The notes under the pieces were generated by a model, which was not told the DNA's origin, did not search any database, and worked only from the letters and a program-made list of their open reading frames with translations. A program made the position numbers and the translations under genes. Source: an uncultured bacterium (GTDB taxonomy: Bacteria > Omnitrophota > Omnitrophia > Omnitrophales > Aquincolibacteriaceae). Taken from it: a DNA stretch of 54,775 nucleotides. The stretch covers positions 1 through 54,775 of the forward strand of contig CAYZYT010000015.1 in assembly GCA_964482725.1 (NCBI GenBank), read 5' to 3'. This document shows, piece by piece, positions 26,342 to 36,412 of the stretch. How positions within the stretch are numbered: the stretch's first letter is position 1; every line of letters starts with the position of its first letter.

Positions 26342-27199
26342 ATGAATAAGGAAATCATCGTAAGGCTTAATCAGACGTTCGAAGGGTCCGCGTTCACGCA
26401 CGAGGGGCTGGAATACTGGATGGCGCGGGATTTGCAAAGGCTGTTGGATTATACGGAGTGGCGTAATTTCTTGTTAGTGATCGATAAGGCCAAGACCGCT
26501 TGCGTGAACTCGGGGCAGAATATTCGAGACCATTTTGTTGACGTCAACAAAATGGTTTCTTTGGGATCGGGCAGTGAGCGTGAAGTTGATGACATGATGC
26601 TGACCCGTTATGCCTGTTATCTGATCGCGCAAAACGGCGATCCGCGCAAAGAACAGATTGCTTTCGCACAAAGCTATTTTGCCATTCAGACGCGCAAGCA
26701 GGAATTGCTTGAGCAAAGAATCGCCCTTACCGAGCGGGTCCTTGCCCGGCAGAAGCTTGCGGGAACCGAATTGGAGCTCTCGGGCATTGTTTATGAAAGA
26801 GGCGTGGACGGACAGGGATTCGCCCGGTTAAGAAGCAAGGGGGACCACACGCTTTTCGGCGGTAAGACCACGCTGGAGATGAAGAACAAGCTCGGTATTC
26901 CCGAAAAAAGAGCGCTGGCGGATTTTCTGCCGACGATCACGATCAAAGCGAAGGATCTTGCCGCTGAGATCACGAGTTTTAATACCAAGAAGAATAATCT
27001 CCGCGGAGAAGCGCCGATCACAGCTGAGCATGTGAAGAATAACAGGGATGTGCGGCAGCTTCTTGGGAAAAGCGGGATCAAGCCCGAAGAGCTTTTTCCT
27101 GAGGAAGATATCAAAAAGTTGGAATGCAGGCTTCGGTCCGAGAATAAGAAATTGTTAAAAGGGACGGCCGGCAAAAAAAACAGTAAGAGCCTCTCATGA
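26342..27199 (+). CDS. dinD: DNA damage-inducible protein D (Bro-N domain) family
   Basis: EYWMARDLQ.LL.Y..WRNF, LTRYACYLIAQNGDPRK, AQSYFAIQTRKQE. Confidence 0.88.
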   Translation: MNKEIIVRLNQTFEGSAFTHEGLEYWMARDLQRLLDYTEWRNFLLVIDKAKTACVNSGQNIRDHFVDVNKMVSLGSGSEREVDDMMLTRYACYLIAQNGDPRKEQIAFAQSYFAIQTRKQELLEQRIALTERVLARQKLAGTELELSGIVYERGVDGQGFARLRSKGDHTLFGGKTTLEMKNKLGIPEKRALADFLPTITIKAKDLAAEITSFNTKKNNLRGEAPITAEHVKNNRDVRQLLGKSGIKPEELFPEEDIKKLECRLRSENKKLLKGTAGKKNSKSLS

Positions 27200-28323
27200 A
27201 ATCCAAAAAATTCGGATTTAAGTTCATCGCGAAGGATAAGAAATGCGAGGCGCGGGTCGGGAAGGTGACGACGGCGCACGGGAGTTTTGAGACGCCGGTC
27301 TTCATGCCGGTGGGGACTCAAGGAACAGTTAAAGCCGTGCTGCCGCGCGATCTCAAGGAATCCGGCTCCGAGATCATTCTTTCGAATGCCTATCATCTTT
27401 ATATACGCCCCGGCCTCGAGGTGATCCAGAAACTCAAAGGGCTCCATAAATTCATGGCCTGGGACCGGCCGATCCTGACCGACAGCGGCGGCTATCAGGT
27501 GTTTTCCTTAAGCAAGCTGCGGAGCATCACAGAAGAAGGCGTGAAGTTCAATTCCTACTTTGACGGGCGGGAGATATTCCTCACGCCGGAAAAGGTGATG
27601 GAGATCCAGCAGGTGCTCGGGAGCGATATTGCGATGATCTTTGATGAATGTCCGGCCGCCAGCAAAGATAAACCCTCGATCGAAAAGGCCGTTAATATAA
27701 CCCTGCGTTGGTCGGCAAGAGCCAAGAAATGTCACAAGTTAAAAACGCAGGCGCTCTTTGGCATCATTCAGGGTGGGACGTTCAAGGATCTTCGCAGGGA
27801 ATCACTTGAACGAACCGTCGAGATCGGCTTTGACGGCTACGCGCTCGGAGGTCTCAGCGTGGGGGAACCCAAGCCCGAAATGCTTGAGGCCCTGACGGAT
27901 ATCCTGCCGAGAATGCCCGCGGACAAGCCGCGTTATCTGATGGGGGTCGGCACTCCGATCGATTTCTTTGAAGCGGTGGAACGCGGTGCCGATATGTTCG
28001 ATTGCGTGAACCCGACGCGCTATGGGCGGAACGGGACAGCGTTCACAAGCGACGGACTGGTGGTCCTGCGGAATACTCGATATAAGGAAGACGCCAAGCC
28101 GATCCAACGGGATTGCACTTGTTATGCCTGCAAGAACTTCTCGAGAGCGTACCTCAGGCATTTGGTGAATAGCCATGAGATCCTGGCCGCTGAATTGATT
28201 ACCTTGCATAATATCCATTTTTTCGTAAACTTAGTGAAGTCGATGCGGGAAAAGATACGGAAAAGCCAGTTCCTGCAGTTCAAAAAGCAATTTTTAAACC
28301 GTTTTGATCCACACACGAGATAG
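27196..28323 (+). CDS. tgt: tRNA guanosine(34) transglycosylase
   Basis: TPVFMPVGT, LTDSGGYQVFSL, YLMGVG, DMFDCV, CTCYAC. Confidence 0.97.
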   Translation: MKSKKFGFKFIAKDKKCEARVGKVTTAHGSFETPVFMPVGTQGTVKAVLPRDLKESGSEIILSNAYHLYIRPGLEVIQKLKGLHKFMAWDRPILTDSGGYQVFSLSKLRSITEEGVKFNSYFDGREIFLTPEKVMEIQQVLGSDIAMIFDECPAASKDKPSIEKAVNITLRWSARAKKCHKLKTQALFGIIQGGTFKDLRRESLERTVEIGFDGYALGGLSVGEPKPEMLEALTDILPRMPADKPRYLMGVGTPIDFFEAVERGADMFDCVNPTRYGRNGTAFTSDGLVVLRNTRYKEDAKPIQRDCTCYACKNFSRAYLRHLVNSHEILAAELITLHNIHFFVNLVKSMREKIRKSQFLQFKKQFLNRFDPHTR

Positions 28324-28402
28324 GGTATAGGGTATAGCGGATAGGGGATAGAAAAGTACAAGCCCTTAAGACTAAACCCTAACCCCTATCCCCTAAACGC
28401 TA
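28321..28402. repeat. Inverted TAGGG heptamer element (empty), tgt/yajC
   Basis: TAGGGTA TAGGGTA TAGCGGA TAGGGGA TAG ... CTAAACC CTAACCC CTATCCC CTAAACG CTA; first TAG is the tgt stop. Confidence 0.9.
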
Positions 28403-28415
28403 AAGAGGTTTTATC

Positions 28416-28730
28416 ATGTTCGAATCGATCGCGTACGCCGCCGAAGCCGTTGAAGGAGCCGCCCCCCAGGTCAATCCGTTAGTTCAGTTCATGCCCATTA
28501 TCCTTATGTTCGTGATCTTTTATTTTCTGCTTATCCGGCCCCAGCAGAAAAAGGCCAAGGATCTTCAGGCGATGATTGCCGGTATTAAAAAAGGGGACAA
28601 AGTGGTCACCACGGGCGGCATTCTCGGAGTGGTTTCGAGTCTTCAGGACGATTATGTGGTTCTTGCGGTCGGGGGTTCAGACACCAAAATCGAAGTGCTA
28701 AAGAGCGCGATCGCGGGACTTAGACAATAG
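28416..28730 (+). CDS. yajC: Preprotein translocase subunit YajC
   Basis: IFYFLLIRPQQKK, KKGDKVVTTGGILG. Confidence 0.95.
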   Translation: MFESIAYAAEAVEGAAPQVNPLVQFMPIILMFVIFYFLLIRPQQKKAKDLQAMIAGIKKGDKVVTTGGILGVVSSLQDDYVVLAVGGSDTKIEVLKSAIAGLRQ

Positions 28731-29121
28731 GGTTTAGGGGGTAGGGTATAGTGAAAGCCAGATCCTTTAAAGATCTGATCGTTTGGCAAAAGTCTTACAG
28801 TCTAGTTCTCGAAATATACAGGCTTACGGATCTTTTTCCGAAACATGAAATATATGGTTTGGCCCAGCAAATAAGAAGAGTCGCTGTTTCCATCCCGTCC
28901 AATATTGCCGAAGGGTACGGGCGTCAATACAATAAAGAGTATCGCCAGTTTTTATCGATAGCCTATGGTTCGTTGTGCGAATTAGAAACCCAGTATCTTT
29001 TGAGCGTAGACCTAAACTATATTGAGCGAAGCAGCGTGATTGAAGGTTTGATGAAGGAAGTCGGGGCAATGCTCTACCGGATCATCAATCCTAAACCCTA
29101 ACCCCTATACCCTAAACGCTA
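28728..29121 (+). mobile_element. Filled TAGGG heptamer cassette: left arm + four-helix-bundle gene + right arm
   Basis: TAGGGTT TAGGGGG TAGGGTA TAGTG (yajC stop to GTG start) ... CTAAACC CTAACCC CTATACC CTAAACG CTA (contains the ORF stop); interrupts the usual yajC-secD adjacency; mobility is inferred. Confidence 0.7.
28751..29101 (+). CDS. Four helix bundle protein (23S rRNA IVP / Avd-like family)
   Basis: FKDLIVWQKS, FPKHEIYGLAQQIRR..VSIPSNIAEG, FLSIAYGSL.ELETQ; visibly more AT-rich than its neighbours. Confidence 0.93.
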   Translation: MKARSFKDLIVWQKSYSLVLEIYRLTDLFPKHEIYGLAQQIRRVAVSIPSNIAEGYGRQYNKEYRQFLSIAYGSLCELETQYLLSVDLNYIERSSVIEGLMKEVGAMLYRIINPKP

Positions 29122-29136
29122 GAAAGGTTTTTAAAA

Positions 29137-31311
29137 ATGGACAAACATTATAAGTGGAAAGTCATGCTGATCATCGGGCTCGTCGCCTTTTCTCTCTGGA
29201 AGGTTTATCCTCCGAGTCAAACGATCAATCTCGGGCTTGATCTTCAGGGCGGCGTCCAGTTGCTCCTTCAGGTCGATATGGACAAGGTCCCCGAAGAGGC
29301 GCGTAAAGACGTGACCGCGCGTGTGGCCGAGATCATCCGTAACCGTATTGATGAATTCGGCGTCAAGGAGCCGGAGATCACGACCCAGGGCAAGAACCAG
29401 GTCGTTGTGAAGTTGCCGGGCGTGACAGACCGCGAACGTGCCAAGGAGATCGCCGGCAAGGCCGCTCATTTGGAGTTCAAGATCGTGTCGGAAGATGTGG
29501 ATCTGATCCAGAAGGCAGACGCCGGGACGATCCCTCCTGGATTCGAATATAAGAAAGTTAAAGGAAGTCCGAACGAGGAAATGGTGTTGCTTGCTTTGCT
29601 GCCGGTGCTGACCGGAGAGCATTTGACGACCGCTTCCGTGGGTTTCGACCAGTACGGTTCGGCGATCGTTCAGCTGACGCTCGATCGTGAGGGTGGGAAG
29701 ACCTTTGATAAAGTGACGTTCCAGAATATCGGCAAGCGTCTCGCCATTGTGATGGACGGCCAGGTCTATTCTGCGCCGGTCATCCGTGACAGGATCCCGA
29801 ACGGCAAGGCCCAGATCTCCGGGAATTTCAAGGCTGACGAAGCTGCCGATCTTGCGCTCGTGCTTCGCGCCGGTGCACTTCCTGCGCCTGTGACGGTTGT
29901 GGAAGAAAGAACGATCGGTCCGAGTCTCGGCAAAGATTCTATCGACAGCGGCATCCGCGCCAGTCTTTACGGGGTGCTTTTTGTCGTCCTGTTCATGCCG
30001 ATCTACTATCTTTTCTGCGGATGGGTCGCAAATCTTGGGCTTGTCGTCTATATGATCCTTGTCGCCGGAGCCATGGCGGCTTTCGGATCGACCTTGACCC
30101 TCCCCGGTATCGCGGGTTTCATTTTGTCCGTCGGGATGGCGGTGGATGCCAACGTTCTGATCTTTGAAAGAATGCGCGAAGAAATGGGGACGGGGAAGAC
30201 CGCGCGCGCTGTGGTTTCTGCCGGGTATCACCGTGCTTTTTCGGCCATTTTAGATTCGAACGTCACGACCTTGATCACCTCCGCCCTGCTTTTTATTTTC
30301 GGGACCGGGCCGATCCAGGGTTTTGCCGTAACACTCTCCATCGGTATTATCGCGAGCATGTTCTCTTCGATCTTTGTGACGCGTGTTATTTTTGACTATA
30401 TCGTCAAAAAGAATCCGAACAAGGTTTTCAAGATGCTCCAGCTTTTTAAGAATCCGAACATCGCGTTTTTGAAGAGCCGTCGTTGGGCCTACGGATTTTC
30501 CGTGATCTGTCTCGGGCTCGGGATCTTTGCCCTTACGGCGCGCGGGGCGAAGAATTATGGCGTGGAATTCACCGGGGGGACGCTTGTCCAAGTGGAGTTC
30601 AAGAAGGGGCTGGATCAGGCGAAATTCCGCTCTGAACTTGAGAAACAGGGTCTCAAGTCCCTGACACTTCAGCATTTTGGAGACACCAAGAGTCATCAAT
30701 ATATCGTGAAAATGGCCGAAGGCAATCCGTCGAAAGTGGGGGCGGCTGCGGAGGCGACCGCAGGAAAAGATGCCTACTCGATCCTGAAGGTGGACCAGGT
30801 GGGACCTTCGGTGAGCGGCAGCCTCAGGGATAAGGCGTTTTGGGCCATCGTTTGGTCATGGCTTGGGATCCTGATCTATTTGGGGTGGCGATTTCATTGG
30901 AAATATTCAGCAGCAGCCGTCGTGGCCCTTGTTCATGACACGGTGTTCGCTTTTGGTGTGTATGCCCTTAGCGGACGCGAAATCAACCTCGCAACGATCG
31001 CGGCGATTATGACGATCATCGGTTTTTCCGTGAACGATACGATCGTGACATTTGACCGGATCCGGGACAATGTGAAGCTGATGCGCAAGACGCCTTTTGC
31101 GGACATCGTGAACCTGAGCGTCAACCAAACATTGAGCCGCACTGTTTTGACGTCCATGACCGTGCTATTTGGGACACTGGCGCTTTTTTTCTTCGGGGGA
31201 AGCGCGATCGCAGATTTCGCATTCATCTTGATCATCGGCTTCCTGATTGGGACGTATTCCTCCGTCTTCGTGGCGTCGGCGTTGGTGGTGGATTGGAAAG
31301 CCCATAAATAA
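29137..31311 (+). CDS. secDF: Fused protein translocase subunit SecDF
   Basis: LGLDLQGG, GMAVDANVLIFER, GVEFTGG, GFSVNDTIVTFDRIR. Confidence 0.95.
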   Translation: MDKHYKWKVMLIIGLVAFSLWKVYPPSQTINLGLDLQGGVQLLLQVDMDKVPEEARKDVTARVAEIIRNRIDEFGVKEPEITTQGKNQVVVKLPGVTDRERAKEIAGKAAHLEFKIVSEDVDLIQKADAGTIPPGFEYKKVKGSPNEEMVLLALLPVLTGEHLTTASVGFDQYGSAIVQLTLDREGGKTFDKVTFQNIGKRLAIVMDGQVYSAPVIRDRIPNGKAQISGNFKADEAADLALVLRAGALPAPVTVVEERTIGPSLGKDSIDSGIRASLYGVLFVVLFMPIYYLFCGWVANLGLVVYMILVAGAMAAFGSTLTLPGIAGFILSVGMAVDANVLIFERMREEMGTGKTARAVVSAGYHRAFSAILDSNVTTLITSALLFIFGTGPIQGFAVTLSIGIIASMFSSIFVTRVIFDYIVKKNPNKVFKMLQLFKNPNIAFLKSRRWAYGFSVICLGLGIFALTARGAKNYGVEFTGGTLVQVEFKKGLDQAKFRSELEKQGLKSLTLQHFGDTKSHQYIVKMAEGNPSKVGAAAEATAGKDAYSILKVDQVGPSVSGSLRDKAFWAIVWSWLGILIYLGWRFHWKYSAAAVVALVHDTVFAFGVYALSGREINLATIAAIMTIIGFSVNDTIVTFDRIRDNVKLMRKTPFADIVNLSVNQTLSRTVLTSMTVLFGTLALFFFGGSAIADFAFILIIGFLIGTYSSVFVASALVVDWKAHK

Positions 31312-31391
31312 TAGGGGATAGCGTATAGAATATAGGGAATAGAAAAAGCCTTTCAATTTCTTTCCCTATACGCTAAACCCTAAACCCTATG
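31312..31391. repeat. Inverted TAGGG heptamer element (empty), secDF/recJ
   Basis: TAGGGGA TAGCGTA TAGAATA TAGGGAA TAG ... CTATACG CTAAACC CTAAACC CTATG; last unit contains the recJ ATG. Confidence 0.9.
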
Positions 31392-33026
31392 CCTTACTCT
31401 CCCGCCTTCCTCAAACTTCTTTCTAAACGTGGTTTTACGGACAATGCTGCGATAGACACCTTTCTTTTTTCCGGCCTTTCCTCGCTCCATGATCCCTTTC
31501 TTATGAAAAACATGCGGGAAGTGAAGGCCCGCATCGAAAAAGCGGTTCATGCTCGGGAAAAGATCTTTATTCACGGAGACTACGATGTGGACGGGATCAC
31601 CGGAGTTGCGGTCCTGGCACGGACGCTTGAGAAACTTGGCGGCGAATGCACCACCTTTCTTCCGGAGCGCGAACGCGACGGTTATGGCGTGAGCGAGGCT
31701 GCGATCCACCAAGCGCGCGAGCAGGGCGTGGGTCTTATCGTGACGGTTGATTGCGGGATCACGGCTAAAAAAGAGATCGAGATCGCCCGCGCTCATGGCA
31801 TGGATGTGATCGTGATCGACCATCATCGTTTGCCTGCGGAGGGTCTTCCCAACACGCATCTTATTTTGAACCCACTCCAGGAAGATTGTCCGTATCCCTT
31901 TAAAGAGCTCTCGGCCGCGGGGCTCGCGTTCAAATTAAGTCAGGCCTTGACCGGAGACGCGGCATTCGAGCATCTGGATCTTGTGGCGCTTTCCACGATC
32001 AGTGATATTGCGCCGCTCACGGGAGAGAACCGGATTCTTGTGAAGAGCGGGCTTGCCATGCTGTCGGAACGGAAAAACATCGGCATCCGTGCACTGTCGG
32101 AGGTGGCCAAGATGAAAACCTCCCAGGTTAATACCGGACATGTGGGATTCATGCTGGGGCCACGGTTGAACGCGGCGGGGCGGATGAGTTCCGCGGACAC
32201 GGCGCTCCAGCTTTTGCTGACCAAAGTGCCCCGCGAAGCGGAAAGTCTCGCGAAGATCCTGGATGAGGAGAACAAAGCCCGTCAGAAGATGGAGCGCGAG
32301 ACCACCCAGGAAGCAATGCGTAAGGTTGAGAGGACGGTGAATTTCAACCGTGAGCGCGTGATCGTGGTCGACGGGCAGGGTTGGCACCGCGGCGTGATTG
32401 GGATCGTGGCGTCGAGGCTTGTGGAAAAGTACGAGCGGCCGGCGATCGTGATCTCAGTGGAGGAAGGTGTGGGGCGCGGGTCAGGACGCTCCATCAAAAG
32501 CTTCCATCTTTTCAACGCGCTTTCCTCCTGTGAAGCGGTCCTCGAAGGATTCGGAGGACACGCGCAAGCGGCCGGGCTTACGATCACTGAAAAAAATATT
32601 CCCCTTTTGCGTGAAAAGATCAACGCCTTCGCGCTCGAGCATCTCCCGGTTGAAGAATTAAAGCGGCATGTGACTGTGGATATGGAATTGCAGCTGGGTG
32701 AATTGACGAGTGGCTTTCTGGAGGAGCTTGAGCTTTTGGAGCCGCACGGTATGGGGAACCCGCGACCGGTTTTTAAAAGCGACGATCTTCAGCTAAGGTC
32801 GAAGCCGCGGCGTCTTTATGGTGAGACTTATGAGGTGGTGCTGACGGAGGGTTCTCAGAACTATCAGGCCAATCTTAATGAAAAGCAGATGCTTCTTTGT
32901 GCGACTTCCGGTGCCACAACTCGTTTTGAAGCAGCTTATTCTCTCAAGACAAAACAGTGGAATGGCCTGAAGACACTCGTCTTGGCTGTGAAAGAATTCA
33001 GGGAGAAGCTTACGACGCCTTCTTAA
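31389..33026 (+). CDS. recJ: Single-stranded-DNA-specific exonuclease RecJ
   Basis: GDYDVDG, TVDCG, IDHH, PRLNAAGR, GSGRS, FGGHAQAAG. Confidence 0.95.
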   Translation: MPYSPAFLKLLSKRGFTDNAAIDTFLFSGLSSLHDPFLMKNMREVKARIEKAVHAREKIFIHGDYDVDGITGVAVLARTLEKLGGECTTFLPERERDGYGVSEAAIHQAREQGVGLIVTVDCGITAKKEIEIARAHGMDVIVIDHHRLPAEGLPNTHLILNPLQEDCPYPFKELSAAGLAFKLSQALTGDAAFEHLDLVALSTISDIAPLTGENRILVKSGLAMLSERKNIGIRALSEVAKMKTSQVNTGHVGFMLGPRLNAAGRMSSADTALQLLLTKVPREAESLAKILDEENKARQKMERETTQEAMRKVERTVNFNRERVIVVDGQGWHRGVIGIVASRLVEKYERPAIVISVEEGVGRGSGRSIKSFHLFNALSSCEAVLEGFGGHAQAAGLTITEKNIPLLREKINAFALEHLPVEELKRHVTVDMELQLGELTSGFLEELELLEPHGMGNPRPVFKSDDLQLRSKPRRLYGETYEVVLTEGSQNYQANLNEKQMLLCATSGATTRFEAAYSLKTKQWNGLKTLVLAVKEFREKLTTPS

Positions 33027-33286
33027 GCCGCTGTAGGAGCGACGTAGGAGCGGCGGGAAGGGGCTTTTTTGACTTTCCCAGCCTTCAAACAACTCACGCA
33101 AACATTGATACGGCGCACGGTTCCGTTCAAAAAGACGGCTTTCACCTTCTGAATGTTCGGAAAGAAACGGCGACGCGTAATGCCGGAGATCTTTTTACCG
33201 ATGCCGCCGGTCTTCTTTGCGAGACCGCGACGTACGATCGAGTTCCCCGTTAAAGGCTTCTTCTTGCAGATGGCACATGTTCTCAT
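33023..33286 (-). CDS. rpmB: 50S ribosomal protein L28
   Basis: MRTCAICKK, RRFFPNIQKV, CVSCLKAGKV. Confidence 0.93.
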   Translation of the reverse strand: MRTCAICKKKPLTGNSIVRRGLAKKTGGIGKKISGITRRRFFPNIQKVKAVFLNGTVRRINVCVSCLKAGKVKKAPSRRSYVAPTAA

Positions 33287-33404
33287 AGGCCGGCTATTAT
33301 AGTGAGGAGATGTTTCTTGGCAAGCGGTTTTTTCTGATATATAATTTTCACGCCGCAATTTTTTTATGCGTATTTTTCCACTATCAAACCGGAAGGAGTT
33401 CATC

Positions 33405-33716
33405 ATGGCGAAAGTGACGACGAAATGCTGCGCTAGCACCAGCGCGAGTACCTGCGATAAAACGACCGATTTCAAATTCTACGCCCCTCAGGCCAAAAAG
33501 GTCGAGGTGGGCGGTGATTTTAACGGTTGGAAAGCTGACAAAACTCCTCTTAAAAAAGACGCGACCGGAAATTGGAAAACAGCTCTGAAACTCAAGGCCG
33601 GGCGTTATCAGTACCGCTATCTCGTGGACGGAGTCTGGCAAAACGCGCAAGAGCCGGTCGAGTGCGTTCCCAACGCTTTCGGTAGCTGGAATTGCGTTGT
33701 TGAAGTTGCCAAGTAA
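33405..33716 (+). CDS. CBM48/AMPK-type glycogen-binding domain protein
   Basis: AKKVEVGGDFNGW, YQYRYLVDGVW, PNAFG; GAAGGAG RBS; upstream of glgA. Confidence 0.85.
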   Translation: MAKVTTKCCASTSASTCDKTTDFKFYAPQAKKVEVGGDFNGWKADKTPLKKDATGNWKTALKLKAGRYQYRYLVDGVWQNAQEPVECVPNAFGSWNCVVEVAK

Positions 33717-33738
33717 GCGGTCGCGCGCTTAGTTTCCC

Positions 33739-35211
33739 TTGAAGATACTCTTCATCAGTTCCGAAATGGCCCCCTTCGCCAAGACAGGGGGTCTCGGGGA
33801 TGTTGTCGGTTCTCTCGCTGGTGCGGTTCGCGCTTTAGGCCACGAAGTCTCGGTTTTTTTGCCGCGGTACCGATCGATTGACGTCCAACAGTGGGGACTC
33901 GAAACCGCGATCGATTATTTTGAATTGATCGTTGGGAATCAACTCGAGGCCACACGTGTTTTCTCCAAAAAACTCGACAACGGGGTCAAAGTCTTCTTTG
34001 TCGAACACCCCGATTATTTCATGCGCGAGGAACTTTACGGGACGCTCGTTGGGGATTATCAGGATAACGATCGCCGTTTCACCTATTTCCAGCGGGCCGC
34101 GCTCAAAGCGGCCGAGAAATTGAAACTGGCCCCGGATATTGTCCATTGCCACGACTGGCAGACAGGTCTTGTCCCAGTGTATCTCAAGACCACGGAAACG
34201 GGTTATGCCCCTTTCCATAAAGCACGGAGCGTATTCACGATCCACAACCTTGCGTATCAAGGGAATTTCCCTCCGGATTCTTTCCCGGCCACCGGTTTTG
34301 GCTGGGACCTCTACAAATCTGACTTCTTGGAATTCTACGGAAAGTTCAGTTTTATGAAAGGGGGTCTTGTGTTTGCCGACGCCGTGACTGCGGTCAGCGA
34401 GCGCTATAGCTGCGAGATCCAGACCCAGGAGTTCGGGTGCGGGATGGAAGGGGTGCTTGTCGCTCGCAAGGAGAGCGTGACCGGCATCATCAACGGGATC
34501 GATCCAAAGGAGTGGGACCCGGCCACGGACCCGGACCTTGACGCGACCTATGATCTGAAAGATCTTTCCGGGAAAAAACTTAATAAGGCCGCGCTCCAGA
34601 AAGAGAACGGCTTTAAAGTCGATCCGAATGTTCCTCTCTTGGGTTTTGTGGCGCGCCTCGTCAACCAGAAGGGATTGGATATTTTGGTCCCGGTGCTCGA
34701 ACAACTTTCCCAGCAGCAGGATGTTCAAATGGTGTTGCTCGGGACCGGCGAAGACCAGTACCACCAGATCCTCCGGGACCTTGCGAAAAAAAATAAAAAG
34801 TGGTTCGGAGTGCATATCCTGTTCGATCCGAAGATGGCCAAAAAGATCTACGCGGGTTGTGACATGTTGCTCATCCCTTCGTATTATGAGCCCTGCGGGT
34901 TGGGGCAGATCATTGCGTTGCGTTATGGCACCGTTCCGATCGTTCGCGCCACCGGCGGCCTGGCGGATACCATCCAGAACTTTGAGCCTGTGACGCAACA
35001 GGGGAACGGATTTATTTTTGAGGATTATACGAGTGATGCGCTCCATGCCGCGATGCTTCGCGCGGTGAAGACCTTCAAGCAGGAGAAACTCTGGAAGGCT
35101 CTTGTGAAGAACGCCATGGAAAGTGATTTTTCATGGGATGCCTCGGCCAAGAAATACGAAAAACTTTATGAGACCGTGAAGCGGCGTCCTTTCCGGATCG
35201 AGAAAAATTAA
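33739..35211 (+). CDS. glgA: Glycogen synthase
   Basis: SEMAPFAKTGGLGDV, HCHDWQ, TIHNLAYQG, EPCGL; TTG start. Confidence 0.95.
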   Translation: MKILFISSEMAPFAKTGGLGDVVGSLAGAVRALGHEVSVFLPRYRSIDVQQWGLETAIDYFELIVGNQLEATRVFSKKLDNGVKVFFVEHPDYFMREELYGTLVGDYQDNDRRFTYFQRAALKAAEKLKLAPDIVHCHDWQTGLVPVYLKTTETGYAPFHKARSVFTIHNLAYQGNFPPDSFPATGFGWDLYKSDFLEFYGKFSFMKGGLVFADAVTAVSERYSCEIQTQEFGCGMEGVLVARKESVTGIINGIDPKEWDPATDPDLDATYDLKDLSGKKLNKAALQKENGFKVDPNVPLLGFVARLVNQKGLDILVPVLEQLSQQQDVQMVLLGTGEDQYHQILRDLAKKNKKWFGVHILFDPKMAKKIYAGCDMLLIPSYYEPCGLGQIIALRYGTVPIVRATGGLADTIQNFEPVTQQGNGFIFEDYTSDALHAAMLRAVKTFKQEKLWKALVKNAMESDFSWDASAKKYEKLYETVKRRPFRIEKN

Positions 35212-35266
35212 AAATATTCTCCGAGAGTCCCCCCGGACCTCGGACCTTTAAACCAAGAGAAAAACC

Positions 35267-36346
35267 ATGCGTAAAATAATTGTTTTTCCGGGAGACGGGA
35301 TCGGCCCCGAAGTGACCGCGCAAGCGATGCGGGTTCTTGATAAGGTCGGGAAAATCTCGAATTTTAAATTTGAAACAGAAGAACTTCTGGCCGGCGGCGC
35401 GTCGATTGATAAATACGGTATTCCTCTGACGCCCGAGGCGCTTCTCGCGGCGCAAAAGGCGGACGCGGTATTTTTAGGAGCGGTAGGCGGACCGAAATGG
35501 GACAGCCTTCCGTCGGATAAAAGACCGGAAAAAGGATTGCTGGGTCTGCGTAAAGGGCTCAATGCTTTTGCGAATCTCCGTCCCGTGAAAATGTTCCCGC
35601 AGCTTGAACAGCGCTCTCCCCTCAAGCAGGAGATCGTGAAGGGGCTTGATTTTCTTATCCTTCGTGAGCTTGTGAGCGGGGTTTATTTCGGGACGCCGCG
35701 CGGGATCGAAAAACTTCCAAATGGCGAAGAGCGCGGGTTCAATACCATGGCTTACACGACTTCCGAGATCACAAGGATTGCGAAAATGGCTTTCGAGCTG
35801 TCCCGTAAGCGCCGGAAGAAAGTTACTTCGGTGGATAAGGCGAATGTGCTCGAGGTCAGCCAGCTTTGGCGCAAGGTTGTGATTGACGTCGCAAAAGACT
35901 ATCCGGATGTCGAACTCAATCACCGGTATGTGGATGATTGCGCGATGCAACTGATTCGCGATCCCAAGCAATTCGATGTGATCGTTACAAGTAATCTGTT
36001 CGGGGATATTTTAAGCGATGAATCCGCGATGCTCACCGGTTCGATCGGGATGCTCCCCTCCGCCTCGGTCGGGGATAAAGTAGCGATGTACGAACCCGTG
36101 CACGGTTCGGCGCCTGACATCGCGGGAAAAGATGTGGGGAATCCGTTAGCGACCATTCTTTCGGTCGCGATGATGCTCGAATATAGTTTTCATCAGCCGG
36201 ACGCAGCGCGCGCCATCGAACAAGCGGTCGGGAAAACACTGGCGGACGGTTATCGCACGGCGGACATTTATTCTGAAGGTACGACCAAAGTCGGTTGTTC
36301 GAAAATGGGCGATCTGGTGGTTCAAAATCTAGGCGATAGGGGATAG
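35267..36346 (+). CDS. leuB: 3-isopropylmalate dehydrogenase
   Basis: [37 protein letters not shown]. Confidence 0.96.
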   Translation: MRKIIVFPGDGIGPEVTAQAMRVLDKVGKISNFKFETEELLAGGASIDKYGIPLTPEALLAAQKADAVFLGAVGGPKWDSLPSDKRPEKGLLGLRKGLNAFANLRPVKMFPQLEQRSPLKQEIVKGLDFLILRELVSGVYFGTPRGIEKLPNGEERGFNTMAYTTSEITRIAKMAFELSRKRRKKVTSVDKANVLEVSQLWRKVVIDVAKDYPDVELNHRYVDDCAMQLIRDPKQFDVIVTSNLFGDILSDESAMLTGSIGMLPSASVGDKVAMYEPVHGSAPDIAGKDVGNPLATILSVAMMLEYSFHQPDAARAIEQAVGKTLADGYRTADIYSEGTTKVGCSKMGDLVVQNLGDRG

Positions 36347-36396
36347 CGTGAAGGGTTTAGTTTTTCTATACCCTAACCCCTATACCCTAAACGCTA
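36330..36396. repeat. Inverted TAGGG heptamer element (empty), leuB/asd
   Basis: TAGGCGA TAGGGGA TAGCGTG AAGGGTT TAG ... CTATACC CTAACCC CTATACC CTAAACG CTA; third TAG is the leuB stop. Confidence 0.9.
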
Positions 36397-36412
36397 CAGG
36401 AGAAATAACAAA

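Noticed and set aside
28751-29101. Diversity-generating retroelement (Avd)
   Set aside because: No reverse transcriptase and no TR/VR pair with adenine-specific mismatches seen in the window.
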